From contig OZ240222.1 of NCBI GenBank assembly GCA_965197695.1, positions 1,269,588 through 1,333,587 on the forward strand: a DNA stretch of 64,000 bases. Reading direction: 5' to 3'. The position numbers and the translations under genes are program-made. Below the pieces are notes generated by a model that made no database searches, was not told the origin of the DNA, and saw only the letters and a program-made list of their open reading frames with translations. Shown piece after piece: positions 36,657-46,630 of this stretch. This stretch comes from Dehalococcoidia bacterium. GTDB taxonomy: Bacteria; Chloroflexota; Dehalococcoidia; Lucifugimonadales; UBA1123. Position 1 is the stretch's first letter; the number at the start of each line of letters is the position of its first letter.

Positions 36657-37389
36657 ATGGTCTTCATGACCGTTAGTCGCGCGGCCATGTCAAACGTGGC
36701 TGAAGAGCATGATCTGGTCGCACTCCTGCGACGGCAGGGGATCTTGTCCGTCCTGCTCGTCTCTGACGAGGACCTATCCATCCTGGCAAGCGAATCCGAC
36801 TCGGGACCGCAGTTGGCGCTGATCGACACCGGATATCTGACCGCCTCCGAAGTGGGCCGCTGTCTGAAGGCGTGTTCGGATTCCGGTGTGGCGAGTATCG
36901 TGATGGCGCCGCGCAGCAGGGTCCCGAGCCTCGATCCGGCGATGACCGCTACCGACTTCATTATCAGTCCTCCTGACCCAGACGAGCTGGTGGTCCGGGC
37001 GCGACGCGCGCTTGGAGCCGGGGACCGCGGCGCGAGCTCCGGGCGCGACGCGCCTTGGAGCCGGGGGCGGCGCCTCCGACAGCGGCGGCGACATCATCAG
37101 CGTCGGAGACCTGCAGATCGACACGTCCAGCTACGAGGTTACCATCAGAGGCGAACGTGTCGGCCTGAGATTCAAAGAGTACGAGCTGTTGAAGCTGCTG
37201 GCGGAAAACCCAGGCAGAGTCTTCTCGCGGGACGCTCTGCTCAACCAGATCTGGGGTTATGAATACTTCGGCGGCACGCGGACGGTCGACGTCCACATAC
37301 GGCGTCTGCGAAGCAAGATAGAAGGTTCCGAGCACAACTTTATTGAAACCATCTGGAACGTCGGTTACAGGTTCAGGGAAGTAAGATAG
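36657..37389 (+). pseudogene. OmpR/PhoB-type response regulator split by a frameshifting tandem duplication
   Basis: The receiver-like N-terminus (ORF 36657-) and the winged-helix output domain (ORF 37012-37389: LRFKEYELLKLL...RTVDVHIRRLRSKI...GYRF) are in different frames. They are joined at a 44-nt imperfect duplication. Confidence 0.6.
36997..37084. repeat. Imperfect tandem duplication (unit about 44 nt)
   Basis: GGGCGCGACGCGCGCTTGGAGCCGGGG at 36997 is repeated as GGGCGCGACGCGCCTTGGAGCCGGGG at 37041. Confidence 0.7.
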
Positions 37390-37407
37390 AAGCCCGGAGG
37401 AGCACTC

Positions 37408-38313
37408 ATGGCCACAGAAAGAGTCGCGTACGTTAACGGTCGGATCGTCCCGGAGAGTCAGGCGGTAGTGTCCATCAGGGACCGGGGGTTCCTTTCGGGG
37501 GACGCGGTATTCGATACTACACGGACGTTCGGCGGGAGGATCTTCCGTCTGGACCAGCATCTGGATAGATTCTTCAACTCCCTCAAGTACATGCGACTTG
37601 ATCCGGGCCTGTCTAAGTCCGATTTCAAACGGATAACGATGGAGGTGCTCGAGACGAATCTGCCCCTCATAGATGCCGACGACGACTACTGGGTCTCGCA
37701 GCGTGTCTCGCGCGGCGTCACCGTCGATGGAGTAGAGAAGCCGACCGTGGTGGTCGAGTGCCTGCCGCTGCCGTTCAGGGCACGGGCGAACTACTACCAG
37801 GATGGACTGCCGGTGGTAGTCCCCTCGGTCCGGCGGACGCCGCCGGATTCCCAGAGTCCAAGGGCCAAGGTCCACAACTACGTGAACCTGGTCCAGGCGA
37901 GCCTGGAGGTACAGTCTCAGAACCCGGACGCCTGGCCGATCTTGTTGGACACCAACGGCAACCTTGCCGAGGGGCCGGGCAGCAACTTCTTCATTGTCAA
38001 GGACGGCGCTGTCATCACACCCAGGGAGCAGTTTGTGCTGGCCGGAATCAGCCGCTCGGTAACGATTGAGCTGGCCCACGAGCTGGGGATCGACGTTCGA
38101 GAGGCGGACATCGACCTCTTCGACGCCTACACGGCTGACGAGGCGTTCGTAACGTCCACGAGCTTCTGCATCTGCCCCGTGTCGTCCGTCAACGGCTCGG
38201 AAATTGCCGATGGATCGGTGCCCGGGCCGGTGACCAACAGGTTGACCAGGGCATACAGCGGCATGGTCGGAATCGACGTCACCGGGCAGTATCTGTCCCG
38301 ACTCGAGGAGTGA
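37408..38313 (+). CDS. Class IV aminotransferase (branched-chain/D-amino-acid aminotransferase-like)
   Basis: Fold-type IV motifs (RGFLSGDAVFDT, the KVHNY region, GPGSNFFIV, GISR). Confidence 0.8.
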   Translation: MATERVAYVNGRIVPESQAVVSIRDRGFLSGDAVFDTTRTFGGRIFRLDQHLDRFFNSLKYMRLDPGLSKSDFKRITMEVLETNLPLIDADDDYWVSQRVSRGVTVDGVEKPTVVVECLPLPFRARANYYQDGLPVVVPSVRRTPPDSQSPRAKVHNYVNLVQASLEVQSQNPDAWPILLDTNGNLAEGPGSNFFIVKDGAVITPREQFVLAGISRSVTIELAHELGIDVREADIDLFDAYTADEAFVTSTSFCICPVSSVNGSEIADGSVPGPVTNRLTRAYSGMVGIDVTGQYLSRLEE

Positions 38314-39233
38314 CGGCTGGCCCCGAAGCAATGGATCGTCGAAGCGTCACCGTCAAGGTTCCCGCGACATCGGGCAACATCGGGCCGGGATTCGACTGCC
38401 TCGGTATTGCGCTGGACATCTGGAACACCGTCACCGTTGAGATCGGAGGCACGGGCATCGAGATCTCGGGAGAGGGCGAGAGCGAGCTTCCGCAGGACGA
38501 AACCAACTTGGTCTGGCACAGCATCGCCAGGGTGTTCGAGGAGACCGGTCAGACGCTGCCGCGTTTTTCGCTGCGCTGCCTCAACAATATCCCAACGACG
38601 CGCGGCCTCGGTTCGAGCTCGGCGGCGCTGGTCAGCGGCCTGGTCGCGGGCAACGAGCTACGCGGGCGGCCCTTCTCAGAGGAAGATCTTCTCCAGTTGG
38701 CGGCAGATGCCGAGGGGCATCCCGACAATGTTGCTCCCGCCCTGTTCGGAGGGATGCAGGTGGCGGTGTACGACGGGGAACGTGTTGTCAGCGTCGGAGT
38801 GCCGGTTCCTGAAGACCTGTCCGTGGTCCTGTACATCCCCAGCGTACCGATGCCCACGAAAGAGGCGCGGGACCTGCTGAAGGACGAGGTGCCGCGCTCC
38901 GAGGCCGTGTTCAACATAGGCCGCGCCGCGCTGCTGGTCCGGGCCATTGCGCGCGCCGACTTCACCCATCTGCGTATTGCCACGGAAGATATGCTTCACC
39001 AGCCGGCCCGCCAGACCATCTTCTTCCCGATGAAGAACATAATCAGGGCGGCGCTGAGCGCGGGGGCGTTGGGCGCCTTTCTCTCCGGCGCGGGGTCCAC
39101 GGTCGCGGCTTTCGCCACGGAGAAGGAGTTCACCATCGGATACGAGATGGCGGATGCCGCCGCCAAGTCGGGAATCGACGGCGAAGTCCGGATCACGCGG
39201 CCTACGGCCTTGGGTGCGCACGTCGTGGGGTGA
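38310..39233 (+). CDS. thrB: Homoserine kinase
   Basis: VKVPATSGNIGPGFDCLG and GLGSSSAA GHMP-kinase motifs. Confidence 0.88.
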   Translation: MTAGPEAMDRRSVTVKVPATSGNIGPGFDCLGIALDIWNTVTVEIGGTGIEISGEGESELPQDETNLVWHSIARVFEETGQTLPRFSLRCLNNIPTTRGLGSSSAALVSGLVAGNELRGRPFSEEDLLQLAADAEGHPDNVAPALFGGMQVAVYDGERVVSVGVPVPEDLSVVLYIPSVPMPTKEARDLLKDEVPRSEAVFNIGRAALLVRAIARADFTHLRIATEDMLHQPARQTIFFPMKNIIRAALSAGALGAFLSGAGSTVAAFATEKEFTIGYEMADAAAKSGIDGEVRITRPTALGAHVVG

Positions 39234-39254
39234 TACGACTTGGCAGCACCAGCC

Positions 39255-39367
39255 CATCACGCTACAAAGCCATTGAGTCCTGAATACCGATTACTACTTG
39301 TACGAACAGGCGGCCGAGTAATGGCCCTGGTTATGCATAAACACGGCGGCAACTCTTTGCTGACTCC
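39255..39367. repeat. Direct repeat DR1: diverged copy of the ask upstream region plus its first ~15 codons
   Basis: Roughly four-fifths identical to 40033-40149. Contains the relic ORF MALVMHKHGGNSLLTPPG*. Confidence 0.7.
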
Positions 39368-39431
39368 ACCAGGATAAAGAAACCCTCAGTTATGATTGAT
39401 ATGCTCCGATCCACGAGACAGGAGGGTACAG

Positions 39432-39965
39432 GTGGTATCTACCAAGCTCACATACGCAGACTATCTGGATCTTCCGGGTGACGAGCGTTATGAACTCCTC
39501 GACGGAGAGCTGGTTATGGTCGCATCGTCTAATGAGCCCCACCAGAGAGTCAGTAAAAGACTGATGTGGCAGATGCTACCCGTAGAGGAAAGAGGCTTGG
39601 GGCAAGTCTATAATGCTCCATTCGACGTGGTCCTGTCCGATACCGAGGTTGTGCAGCCCGATCTGTTGTTCGTTTCCCAGGAGCGCGCGCATATCATCAC
39701 GCGCGCCAACATACAGGGCGCGCCCGACCTGGTGGTAGAAATCCTGTCCCCTTCCACGGCGAATCGGGACTGGACCTACAAGCGCGAACTGTATGCCAGT
39801 CACGGCGTGAAAGAGTTATGGCTGGTGGCTCCCGATGCCAAGATCGTGTGGATAATGCTGCTCCGGGGCGACAATTTCGAGCTTACCGGTATCTACCGAG
39901 AAGGGCAGACTTTCAGCTCGCCCACCCTCGAGGGCTTCACCATCAACCTCGACGATACATTCTAG
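39432..39965 (+). CDS. Uma2 family (DUF820) endonuclease
   Basis: VQPDLLFV and PDLVVEILSPST motifs. GTG 39432 follows AGGAGGG. The listed ORF starts at TTG 39396. Confidence 0.8.
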   Translation: MVSTKLTYADYLDLPGDERYELLDGELVMVASSNEPHQRVSKRLMWQMLPVEERGLGQVYNAPFDVVLSDTEVVQPDLLFVSQERAHIITRANIQGAPDLVVEILSPSTANRDWTYKRELYASHGVKELWLVAPDAKIVWIMLLRGDNFELTGIYREGQTFSSPTLEGFTINLDDTF

Positions 39966-40032
39966 CGTCCGGACAAGGCAGGATTATCCGAGACTCTGTT
40001 CAGGACGTTGCTGGATTTGACAACGGCTGACG

Positions 40033-40149
40033 CATCGCGCTACAAAGCCACTGAATCTCTTGAATACCGGCTACCACTTGGATGAACAGGCGGCCTTGAG
40101 TAATGGCTCTGGTTGTGCAGAAGTACGGCGGCAGCTCGCTCGCGGACTC
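40033..40149. repeat. Direct repeat DR2: native ask upstream region and 5' end
   Basis: Partner of DR1. Includes the ask ATG at 40103. Confidence 0.7.
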
Positions 40150-41335
40150 TGAGAAGATCAGGAATGTCGCTCGCCGTATAGCGAGCACGAGCGACTCCGG
40201 CCACAGCGTCGTCGTCGTCGTTAGCGCGATGGGCGATACGACGGACGAGCTCATCGAGCTGGCGGGCGAGGTCTCCGACAGTCCGGACCGTCGGGAACTG
40301 GACGTGCTGCTGTCGACCGGCGAGTTGAGGTCGTGCGCGCTGGTTGCGATGTCGCTGACGTCGTCGGGCCACACCGCGATCAGCTTGAGCGGCGCCCAGG
40401 CCGGTATCCAGACCGACGATCAGTTTGGCATGGCCAAGATTTCGGGCCTCGACCCCGAACGCATCTTGAGCGAGCTCCGGGACGACAAGATCGTCGTGGT
40501 CGCCGGGTTCCAGGGGATCACGCCCGGCATGGACATCACGACGCTGGGCCGGGGAGCGTCCGATCTGACGGCAATAGCGCTGGCAGCGGGCCTCGGCGCG
40601 AGCCGGTGCGAAGTCTATACCGACGTTGACGGCATCTACACCGCCGATCCGCGCCTCGTCCCCCGCGCCGGCAAACTCGACGAGATCAGTTTCGAGGAGA
40701 TGCTGGAGCTAGCCAGCTATGGGGCCAAGATGAACCCCAGGTCCATAGAGCTTGGCATGGTGTACAACACCCCGATCCTGGTCGCGTCCAGCTTTACCGA
40801 CGTGCCCGGCACGCTTATTCACGGTGATGGTGACATGAACAGAAACGTAGGCGAAATCAGGAACCGCGTGTCGGGTATAGCGACCGACACCAACGTCGCC
40901 AAGATCACGGTACAGGGGGTCAGGGACCGTCCCGGCATCGCCGCGAGTCTGTTCGAGCCTCTGGCCGAAGTCGGCATCAGCGTTGACGTGATTGTGCAAA
41001 ACGCCAGCACCGGCGGCACGACGGACCTTACCTTCACGGTCAAGCGCGACGACCTTGAGCGCGCGGAGGATGTGGTCCGCAGGGTAGCCGAGGACCTTGG
41101 CGGGCAGGGACTTGTTACCGCGCTCGGTCTGGCGAAGGTGAGCGTTGTCGGCACCGGTATGCAGGATGCGCCGGGATACGCGAGCACGATGTTCCGCACC
41201 CTTGCCAACGCCGGAATCAACATCGAAATGATTACGACGTCAGAGATACGCATCACGTGTATCGTCTCAGAGGACCACGTCGGCGAGGCGTCCAGGGCCC
41301 TCCATACGGCCTTCGATCTGGATGTGCCTGCTTAG
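40103..41335 (+). CDS. ask: Aspartate kinase
   Basis: MALVVQKYGGSSL, VVVVSAMGDTTD, and C-terminal ACT domains. Confidence 0.9.
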   Translation: MALVVQKYGGSSLADSEKIRNVARRIASTSDSGHSVVVVVSAMGDTTDELIELAGEVSDSPDRRELDVLLSTGELRSCALVAMSLTSSGHTAISLSGAQAGIQTDDQFGMAKISGLDPERILSELRDDKIVVVAGFQGITPGMDITTLGRGASDLTAIALAAGLGASRCEVYTDVDGIYTADPRLVPRAGKLDEISFEEMLELASYGAKMNPRSIELGMVYNTPILVASSFTDVPGTLIHGDGDMNRNVGEIRNRVSGIATDTNVAKITVQGVRDRPGIAASLFEPLAEVGISVDVIVQNASTGGTTDLTFTVKRDDLERAEDVVRRVAEDLGGQGLVTALGLAKVSVVGTGMQDAPGYASTMFRTLANAGINIEMITTSEIRITCIVSEDHVGEASRALHTAFDLDVPA

Positions 41336-41353
41336 CCTGGGGACGGGTCTGCA

Positions 41354-42178
41354 TTGGCGGCGGGCCCCGTTCGATGGTTCCCGCGTGGATCGTACTCAGG
41401 AGTGCCGCGTGAGCGGATTGAGGGGAAGTTGAGCAGTTCAGACCTCGATGACACGTCGGGAAGACCGTTCCTGTCGGTGGTTATTCCCGCGTTCAATGAG
41501 TCCTCGCGCATCATCCCTACGCTCGAAAGCGTTGCTTCATACCTCGATGAACAGGCCTATAGCTGGGAGGTCCTGGTTGTGGACGACGGAAGCTCTGACG
41601 GAACGGCGGACCTGGTCGCCGAGTGGACCGAGGCCCGCTGCAACGTCCGGGTGGTCCGGCGGGACCACTTCGGCAAGGGATGGGCCGTCAGGGCAGGGAT
41701 GCTAGAGGCCACCGGGCGTAACAGGTTCATGTGCGATGCCGACCTCGCGATGCCGATCGACTATCTGGCGGGATTTCTTGCGAGAATCGAGGCCGGCGTG
41801 GACCTGGTGGTCGGCTCGCGTGAGGCGGAAGGAGCGCGGCGCTTCGACGAGCCTGCATATCGCCACCTCATGGGGCGTCTGTTCAACTGGGTGGTCCGGC
41901 TGGTCGCGGTGGACCGTATCCAGGATACACAGTGCGGTTTCAAGTGCTTCCGTGATGAGGTGGCGATGGAACTCTTCAGCAGGCAGCGCAGCCGGGGAAT
42001 GGGGTTCGACGTAGAGCTGCTTTACCTTGCCCAGAAGAGGGGATTCGAAGTCGAGGAGCTGCCGATAGACTGGCATCATCACGCGGATAGCAGGGTCAGA
42101 CCCGGGGTCGACAGCTTTGACATGCTCAAGGACACCCTCCTAGTCCGGCTCAGGGATGCACTTGGCAAGTACCGGTGA
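41354..42178 (+). CDS. Family 2 glycosyltransferase
   Basis: LSVVIPAFNES...VVDDGSSDGT...CDADL motifs. The start is uncertain. Confidence 0.8.
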   Translation: MAAGPVRWFPRGSYSGVPRERIEGKLSSSDLDDTSGRPFLSVVIPAFNESSRIIPTLESVASYLDEQAYSWEVLVVDDGSSDGTADLVAEWTEARCNVRVVRRDHFGKGWAVRAGMLEATGRNRFMCDADLAMPIDYLAGFLARIEAGVDLVVGSREAEGARRFDEPAYRHLMGRLFNWVVRLVAVDRIQDTQCGFKCFRDEVAMELFSRQRSRGMGFDVELLYLAQKRGFEVEELPIDWHHHADSRVRPGVDSFDMLKDTLLVRLRDALGKYR

Positions 42179-42978
42179 ATGAACGAGCGGGCCGGCGAGA
42201 TCGGAAGATGATGGCCTCAAGCGATCGGCAATCGGACGCCAATACGAACGGGGGACCCAGATTCGGGGGCCGCGTCGCGGTCGTCGTGCCCACCTACAAC
42301 GAGGCCGGAAACCTTCCGCAGCTTGCCAGACGGCTGTTTGGCCTGGGCTTGTCGGACCTGCGGCTGTTTGTTGTAGATGACGGCTCACCCGACGGCACCG
42401 CTGATGTCGCTCGACGGCTCTCCGATGAGTACGATGGGGGGATCGAAGTGATCTCCAGGGAGGGCAAGCTCGGACTGGGTACGGCGTATGTCGCCGGGTT
42501 TGCCAGCGCGTTGGAGAGCGGGGTCGACAGTGTCGTCCAGATGGACGCCGATCTGTCACACGTTCCTGAACAGATACCGGACATGCTCAGAAAGCTCGAT
42601 CACGCCGACGTGGTGGTGGGGTCCCGTTATACGCAGAATGGGGGCGTGGACCCCGACTGGAGTCGGAAACGACGGTTCCTGAGCGCGCTTGGGAACCACG
42701 CGATCCGGTTCGTAACCGGCCTGAAGCAGAGGGATGTCACATCCGGGTTCAAGGCCTACAGGGCTGATGCGCTCCGCTCCCTTGACATGAGCGAGGTCCG
42801 ATGCAGGGGGTTCGGATTCCAGGCGGAGATTGCCTACGAGTGCCATCTTCGCGGATACGACGTAGTTGAGCATCCAATTATATTCATGGAGCGCGTGGAA
42901 GGCGAGTCGAAGATGGGACTGCATATCGTTGTAGAGGCGATCTGGAAACTGGTGCTGCTCCGGCTGAGACACGTTTGA
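42175..42978 (+). CDS. Polyprenol-phosphate mannosyltransferase-like GT2
   Basis: VAVVVPTYNEAGNL...VVDDGSPDGT...QMDADLSH motifs. GTGA overlap with the upstream GT2 gene. Confidence 0.8.
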   Translation: MNERAGRRDRKMMASSDRQSDANTNGGPRFGGRVAVVVPTYNEAGNLPQLARRLFGLGLSDLRLFVVDDGSPDGTADVARRLSDEYDGGIEVISREGKLGLGTAYVAGFASALESGVDSVVQMDADLSHVPEQIPDMLRKLDHADVVVGSRYTQNGGVDPDWSRKRRFLSALGNHAIRFVTGLKQRDVTSGFKAYRADALRSLDMSEVRCRGFGFQAEIAYECHLRGYDVVEHPIIFMERVEGESKMGLHIVVEAIWKLVLLRLRHV

Positions 42979-43045
42979 GAGGATGCACAAAACTTGCCGC
43001 AGTTTTCACGAATCGGCTAAGATGCCGTAACCTTCACCGAGGCAG

Positions 43046-43900
43046 ATGCAGATGAGCACACCCGGAATGGAAGACAGAGAGAGGGTTAGGCGGGATCGGG
43101 CAAAGCTGGCGGTCGCCCTGGCAATGCGTAACAGGTGGCAGAATGCCGCAACCGTAAACCGCTCCATCATTACTGAATTCCCGGACGACTTAGAAGCGTA
43201 TAACCGCCTCGGAAAGGCTCTGAGCGAGCTCGGCCGGAACTTGGAGGCCAGAGCTGCGTTTCAGTCCGTCCTGCAGAGGTCGCCGAGCAACGCGATCGCG
43301 AAGAAGAACCTCAGCCGTCTGATGAAGCTCGCCGATGAGGAGACCCCGAGAGTCGCCAGGCGGGCCAGCCGGCAGCTCCACACCTTCATAGAGGACAGTG
43401 GCAAGGCGGGAGTGACCTCGCTCAACAAGCTCGCGTCGTCTGATGTTTTGCTCCAGCTTACTCCGGGAGACCTTGTCCGGCTGGATGCAAGAGGGACCGC
43501 CCTGAACGTCGCCGACGAGTCCGGGACCTACATCGGTCGGGTGGAGCCGAAGGTCGGCAGCCGGATCGCGAGGCTCATCAGGGGTGGCAACAAGTACGAA
43601 GCCACAGTAACCAGCGTGGAGGACCACGAGGTCGCCGTCATAATCAGGGAGACCTACAAGAGTCCATCCCAATCGAGTACGGTGTCATTCCCCTCTCGCG
43701 GAGGCGCGGACTTCCGCGTGTACGTCCCGGGCGCCGTGATGGGATACGATGTCGCGGACGACGATGGGGAGCTGGCAGCGCCGGAGACCGTCGCGGTCAA
43801 AGACTGGTCCAATGACGATACCGAGCCGGGAGATGACGAGGCGTTCAGCCCGGTCATCCATCGGATAATCAACGCGCCCGGCGGCGACGAGGACTTCTAG
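43046..43900 (+). CDS. TPR-containing protein
   Basis: N-terminal TPR-like helices (LEAYNRLGKALSELGRNLEARAAFQSVLQRSPSN). Acidic C-terminus. Confidence 0.5.
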   Translation: MQMSTPGMEDRERVRRDRAKLAVALAMRNRWQNAATVNRSIITEFPDDLEAYNRLGKALSELGRNLEARAAFQSVLQRSPSNAIAKKNLSRLMKLADEETPRVARRASRQLHTFIEDSGKAGVTSLNKLASSDVLLQLTPGDLVRLDARGTALNVADESGTYIGRVEPKVGSRIARLIRGGNKYEATVTSVEDHEVAVIIRETYKSPSQSSTVSFPSRGGADFRVYVPGAVMGYDVADDDGELAAPETVAVKDWSNDDTEPGDDEAFSPVIHRIINAPGGDEDF

Positions 43901-43917
43901 GGGGCAAGCTGTTCTTG

Positions 43918-44184
43918 CTACTCGTTTCCGGGCAGATCCTCGGCCAACGGGCGAGGGCGGTAGTACAGTCCCCAGCGCTGCATCAGCTCGTGGACCCGGT
44001 CGTCGTCGAGCTCCATGAGCTGGCGGAAGAATCCCGCCATCGCATGAGCGTGCATAAGCTCCTGCGAGCAGACCCACGACGACTCAGCGGGGACGACGTA
44101 CAGCAGGCCGTTCTGGTGTTCGCACTCCAGCTCGACGCGCTTGCCGCCCTGGTCGCTCTTCACGTTCAGTCCGAATTCGCCCAT
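43918..44184 (-). CDS. Hypothetical small protein
   Basis: 88-aa ORF with no motif recognised. Confidence 0.3.
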   Translation of the reverse strand: MGEFGLNVKSDQGGKRVELECEHQNGLLYVVPAESSWVCSQELMHAHAMAGFFRQLMELDDDRVHELMQRWGLYYRPRPLAEDLPGNE

Positions 44185-44387
44185 CAGAAGACCTCACCCA
44201 GGTAGTCCTCATATGTGTACCGGACCCGCTGTTGCTGCGTTGTCATGACCTGTTCTCCTGGCGATCACGTGACCATTATAACGGTGTTGACGGTCGAATG
44301 GCCGTTGCTATAATCAAACTCGACACCGAGTCGCCCGCTCCCTGTGTTCGCCGGGGACCGCGGCTCAGCGAAGACCAGGAGGAATAT

Positions 44388-45029
44388 ATGCAGGCCCACT
44401 TCCAGGATGATTCGATCACCATCCACAAGATCCAGTGTGGACCCTACGGGAATAACGCTTACCTGTTGGTGTGTCCGGAGACCAACGAGAGCATAGTAAT
44501 CGACGCGCCCCCGGACCCGGCCGCTCTGATCGAGGCCGCTCAGCAGACGGACGTGAAGGCAATTCTGATTACTCACAACCATTTTGACCACATCGAAGGG
44601 CTGGACCAGGTGAGGGAGGCGCTCGGCGCGCCGGTCGGAATCGGTTCTGCCGATGCCGACGGACTGCCAAATGCGCCCGAAATCGTCGTTGACGACGGCG
44701 ACGAGATTAACGCGGGGAAGATCACGCTCACCGCGATCTTCACACCGGGCCACACCGCGGGATCGACCTGCTTCTCATTCGGCTCCCACCTGTTCACCGG
44801 GGACACCCTTTTCCCCAATGGACCGGGCAGGTCGCGGGACCCGGAGGCGCTCGGACAGCTCATAACAAGCATCACGGAAAGGCTGTTCACGCTCGACGGA
44901 ATAGCGGATTTCTACCCGGGACACGGCGATGATGGAAACCTGGCGACCGAGAAGGGGAAGTATGAGGTGTTCGCATCTCGCGAGCATCCGGCCGACCTTC
45001 AAGGCGACGTGGACTGGCTGAAGAGTTGA
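44388..45029 (+). CDS. MBL-fold metallo-hydrolase
   Basis: ITHNHFDHIEG (HxHxDH) motif. ATG 44388 follows AGGAGG. The listed ORF starts at 44232. Confidence 0.8.
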   Translation: MQAHFQDDSITIHKIQCGPYGNNAYLLVCPETNESIVIDAPPDPAALIEAAQQTDVKAILITHNHFDHIEGLDQVREALGAPVGIGSADADGLPNAPEIVVDDGDEINAGKITLTAIFTPGHTAGSTCFSFGSHLFTGDTLFPNGPGRSRDPEALGQLITSITERLFTLDGIADFYPGHGDDGNLATEKGKYEVFASREHPADLQGDVDWLKS

Positions 45030-45075
45030 CGGCAGATCTGTCCCTATCCCGCCGGCCCGAACCGGGACGGTTCCA

Positions 45076-45792
45076 GTGATCGACCCAGTCGGCGAGCGGC
45101 CCGTCGGCCTCGCCTCCGGGGTCCGCTGGACTGTGCCGGACCTGGTCGTCGGGACCGCGCTTGCTCTGGTGAGCTCCACACTGTTCGGGGCACTCATGTT
45201 CATCCCAATGGATGGTCCGCTCGGCCCACTCGATCCGCTGGTCTTTCCCGTTGTGGTAGCAGTCTCGGGAGGGGCGCTGCTGTGGGTGGTGTGGTGGATG
45301 ACTGTCCACAGATACTCGATCCCCTGGAGCTCGCTGGGACTGCGATGGCCGGCGCGCAAACAGGTCTACTGGACCGGACCGGCCGTCCTGATCGGCAGCC
45401 TGGCGTTCACGGGTGTTTACACGGCCATCGTCACCGAGCTGGGGCACGATATCCTTATCCCGGAGCGACTTCCGGAGGATCTGTTTGGACGGGGCGTGTC
45501 TGGAGTAATCTCAGCCATGCTGGTCATCATGTGGGTCCCATTCGTGGAAGAGGTGTTCTTCCGGGGTTTCCTGTTCGCCGGCCTGGCCGCTAGGTACGGC
45601 GTCATGGTCGGCGCAATCTCCAGCTCGGTCCTCTTTGCGCTCGCACACGTTTCCCTGGGCGCCATGCTGCCGATCTTCGTGACTGGTATGCTGTTCGCGT
45701 GGGCCTACCAGCGAACGCGGTCGACATGGATACCGGTTTCGGCTCATGCGGCGCAGAACCTGTTGGCCGTGTTGACCATCGGCCTGGTCTGA
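45076..45792 (+). CDS. CPBP family intramembrane glutamic endopeptidase
   Basis: FVEEVFFRGFLF and FALAH motifs. Confidence 0.75.
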   Translation: MIDPVGERPVGLASGVRWTVPDLVVGTALALVSSTLFGALMFIPMDGPLGPLDPLVFPVVVAVSGGALLWVVWWMTVHRYSIPWSSLGLRWPARKQVYWTGPAVLIGSLAFTGVYTAIVTELGHDILIPERLPEDLFGRGVSGVISAMLVIMWVPFVEEVFFRGFLFAGLAARYGVMVGAISSSVLFALAHVSLGAMLPIFVTGMLFAWAYQRTRSTWIPVSAHAAQNLLAVLTIGLV

Positions 45793-45823
45793 AAGACCCT
45801 GTTAGACGGGAGGTGCGTCGGGA

Positions 45824-46630
45824 ATGACAAACCGAATCGATACTACACTCCAAAGGTTGAGGGAGTCCGGAAGGTCCGCCCTCGTGCCGTTCATCACCGT
45901 GGGCTTCCCTGACGTCCCGACGTCGGAGTCGTTGGCGCGGACAATCCTGGAATCCGGCGCCGATATGCTGGAGCTGGGGATACCGTTCAGCGACCCGCTC
46001 GCGGACGGCCCCACCATCCAGATGACCAGCTATCGCGCGCTTCAGAACGGGGTCACCTTGTCGGGATGTATAGATGTACTACGAAGGCTCAGGCAGACCG
46101 GCGTGGATTCCCCGCTTATCTTCATGGGGTACTACAACCCGTTCTTTCGCTACGGACTACAGAGATTCATGGACGACGCCGGCGCGGCCGGACTGGACGG
46201 CGTGATCGTCCCTGACCTGCCCACAGAGGAGGCGGCACACCTCGCGCAGATCGCGGGGGGCCGCAACATTCACCTGATACCGCTGCTGGCCCCGACCAGC
46301 ACCGACGCCAGGATCGAGGATGCTTGCAAAGCCGCAAGTGGATTTATATACTGCGTGAGCCTTACGGGGGTGACCAGCTCGCGAAACTCTCTGTCAGACC
46401 GCACCTCAGGTCTGGTGGCGCGCATCCGTCGATACACCGATCTGCCGATACTGGTCGGTTTCGGCGTCTCCCGACGGGAGCACCTGCGGGAGATCAGCGC
46501 CTACGCTGACGGCGCCGTCGTGGGCAGCGCGCTGCTGGATGCCGTGGACGGCGCCCCTGAAGACGGCAGACTGGACGCGGCCCGCAGATTCATCAACTCA
46601 CTGAAAGCCGGGGACAGCCAGGACATATGA
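45824..46630 (+). CDS. trpA: Tryptophan synthase alpha chain
   Basis: LELGIPFSDPLADGPTIQ and GFGVS motifs. No trpB is adjacent. Confidence 0.9.
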   Translation: MTNRIDTTLQRLRESGRSALVPFITVGFPDVPTSESLARTILESGADMLELGIPFSDPLADGPTIQMTSYRALQNGVTLSGCIDVLRRLRQTGVDSPLIFMGYYNPFFRYGLQRFMDDAGAAGLDGVIVPDLPTEEAAHLAQIAGGRNIHLIPLLAPTSTDARIEDACKAASGFIYCVSLTGVTSSRNSLSDRTSGLVARIRRYTDLPILVGFGVSRREHLREISAYADGAVVGSALLDAVDGAPEDGRLDAARRFINSLKAGDSQDI

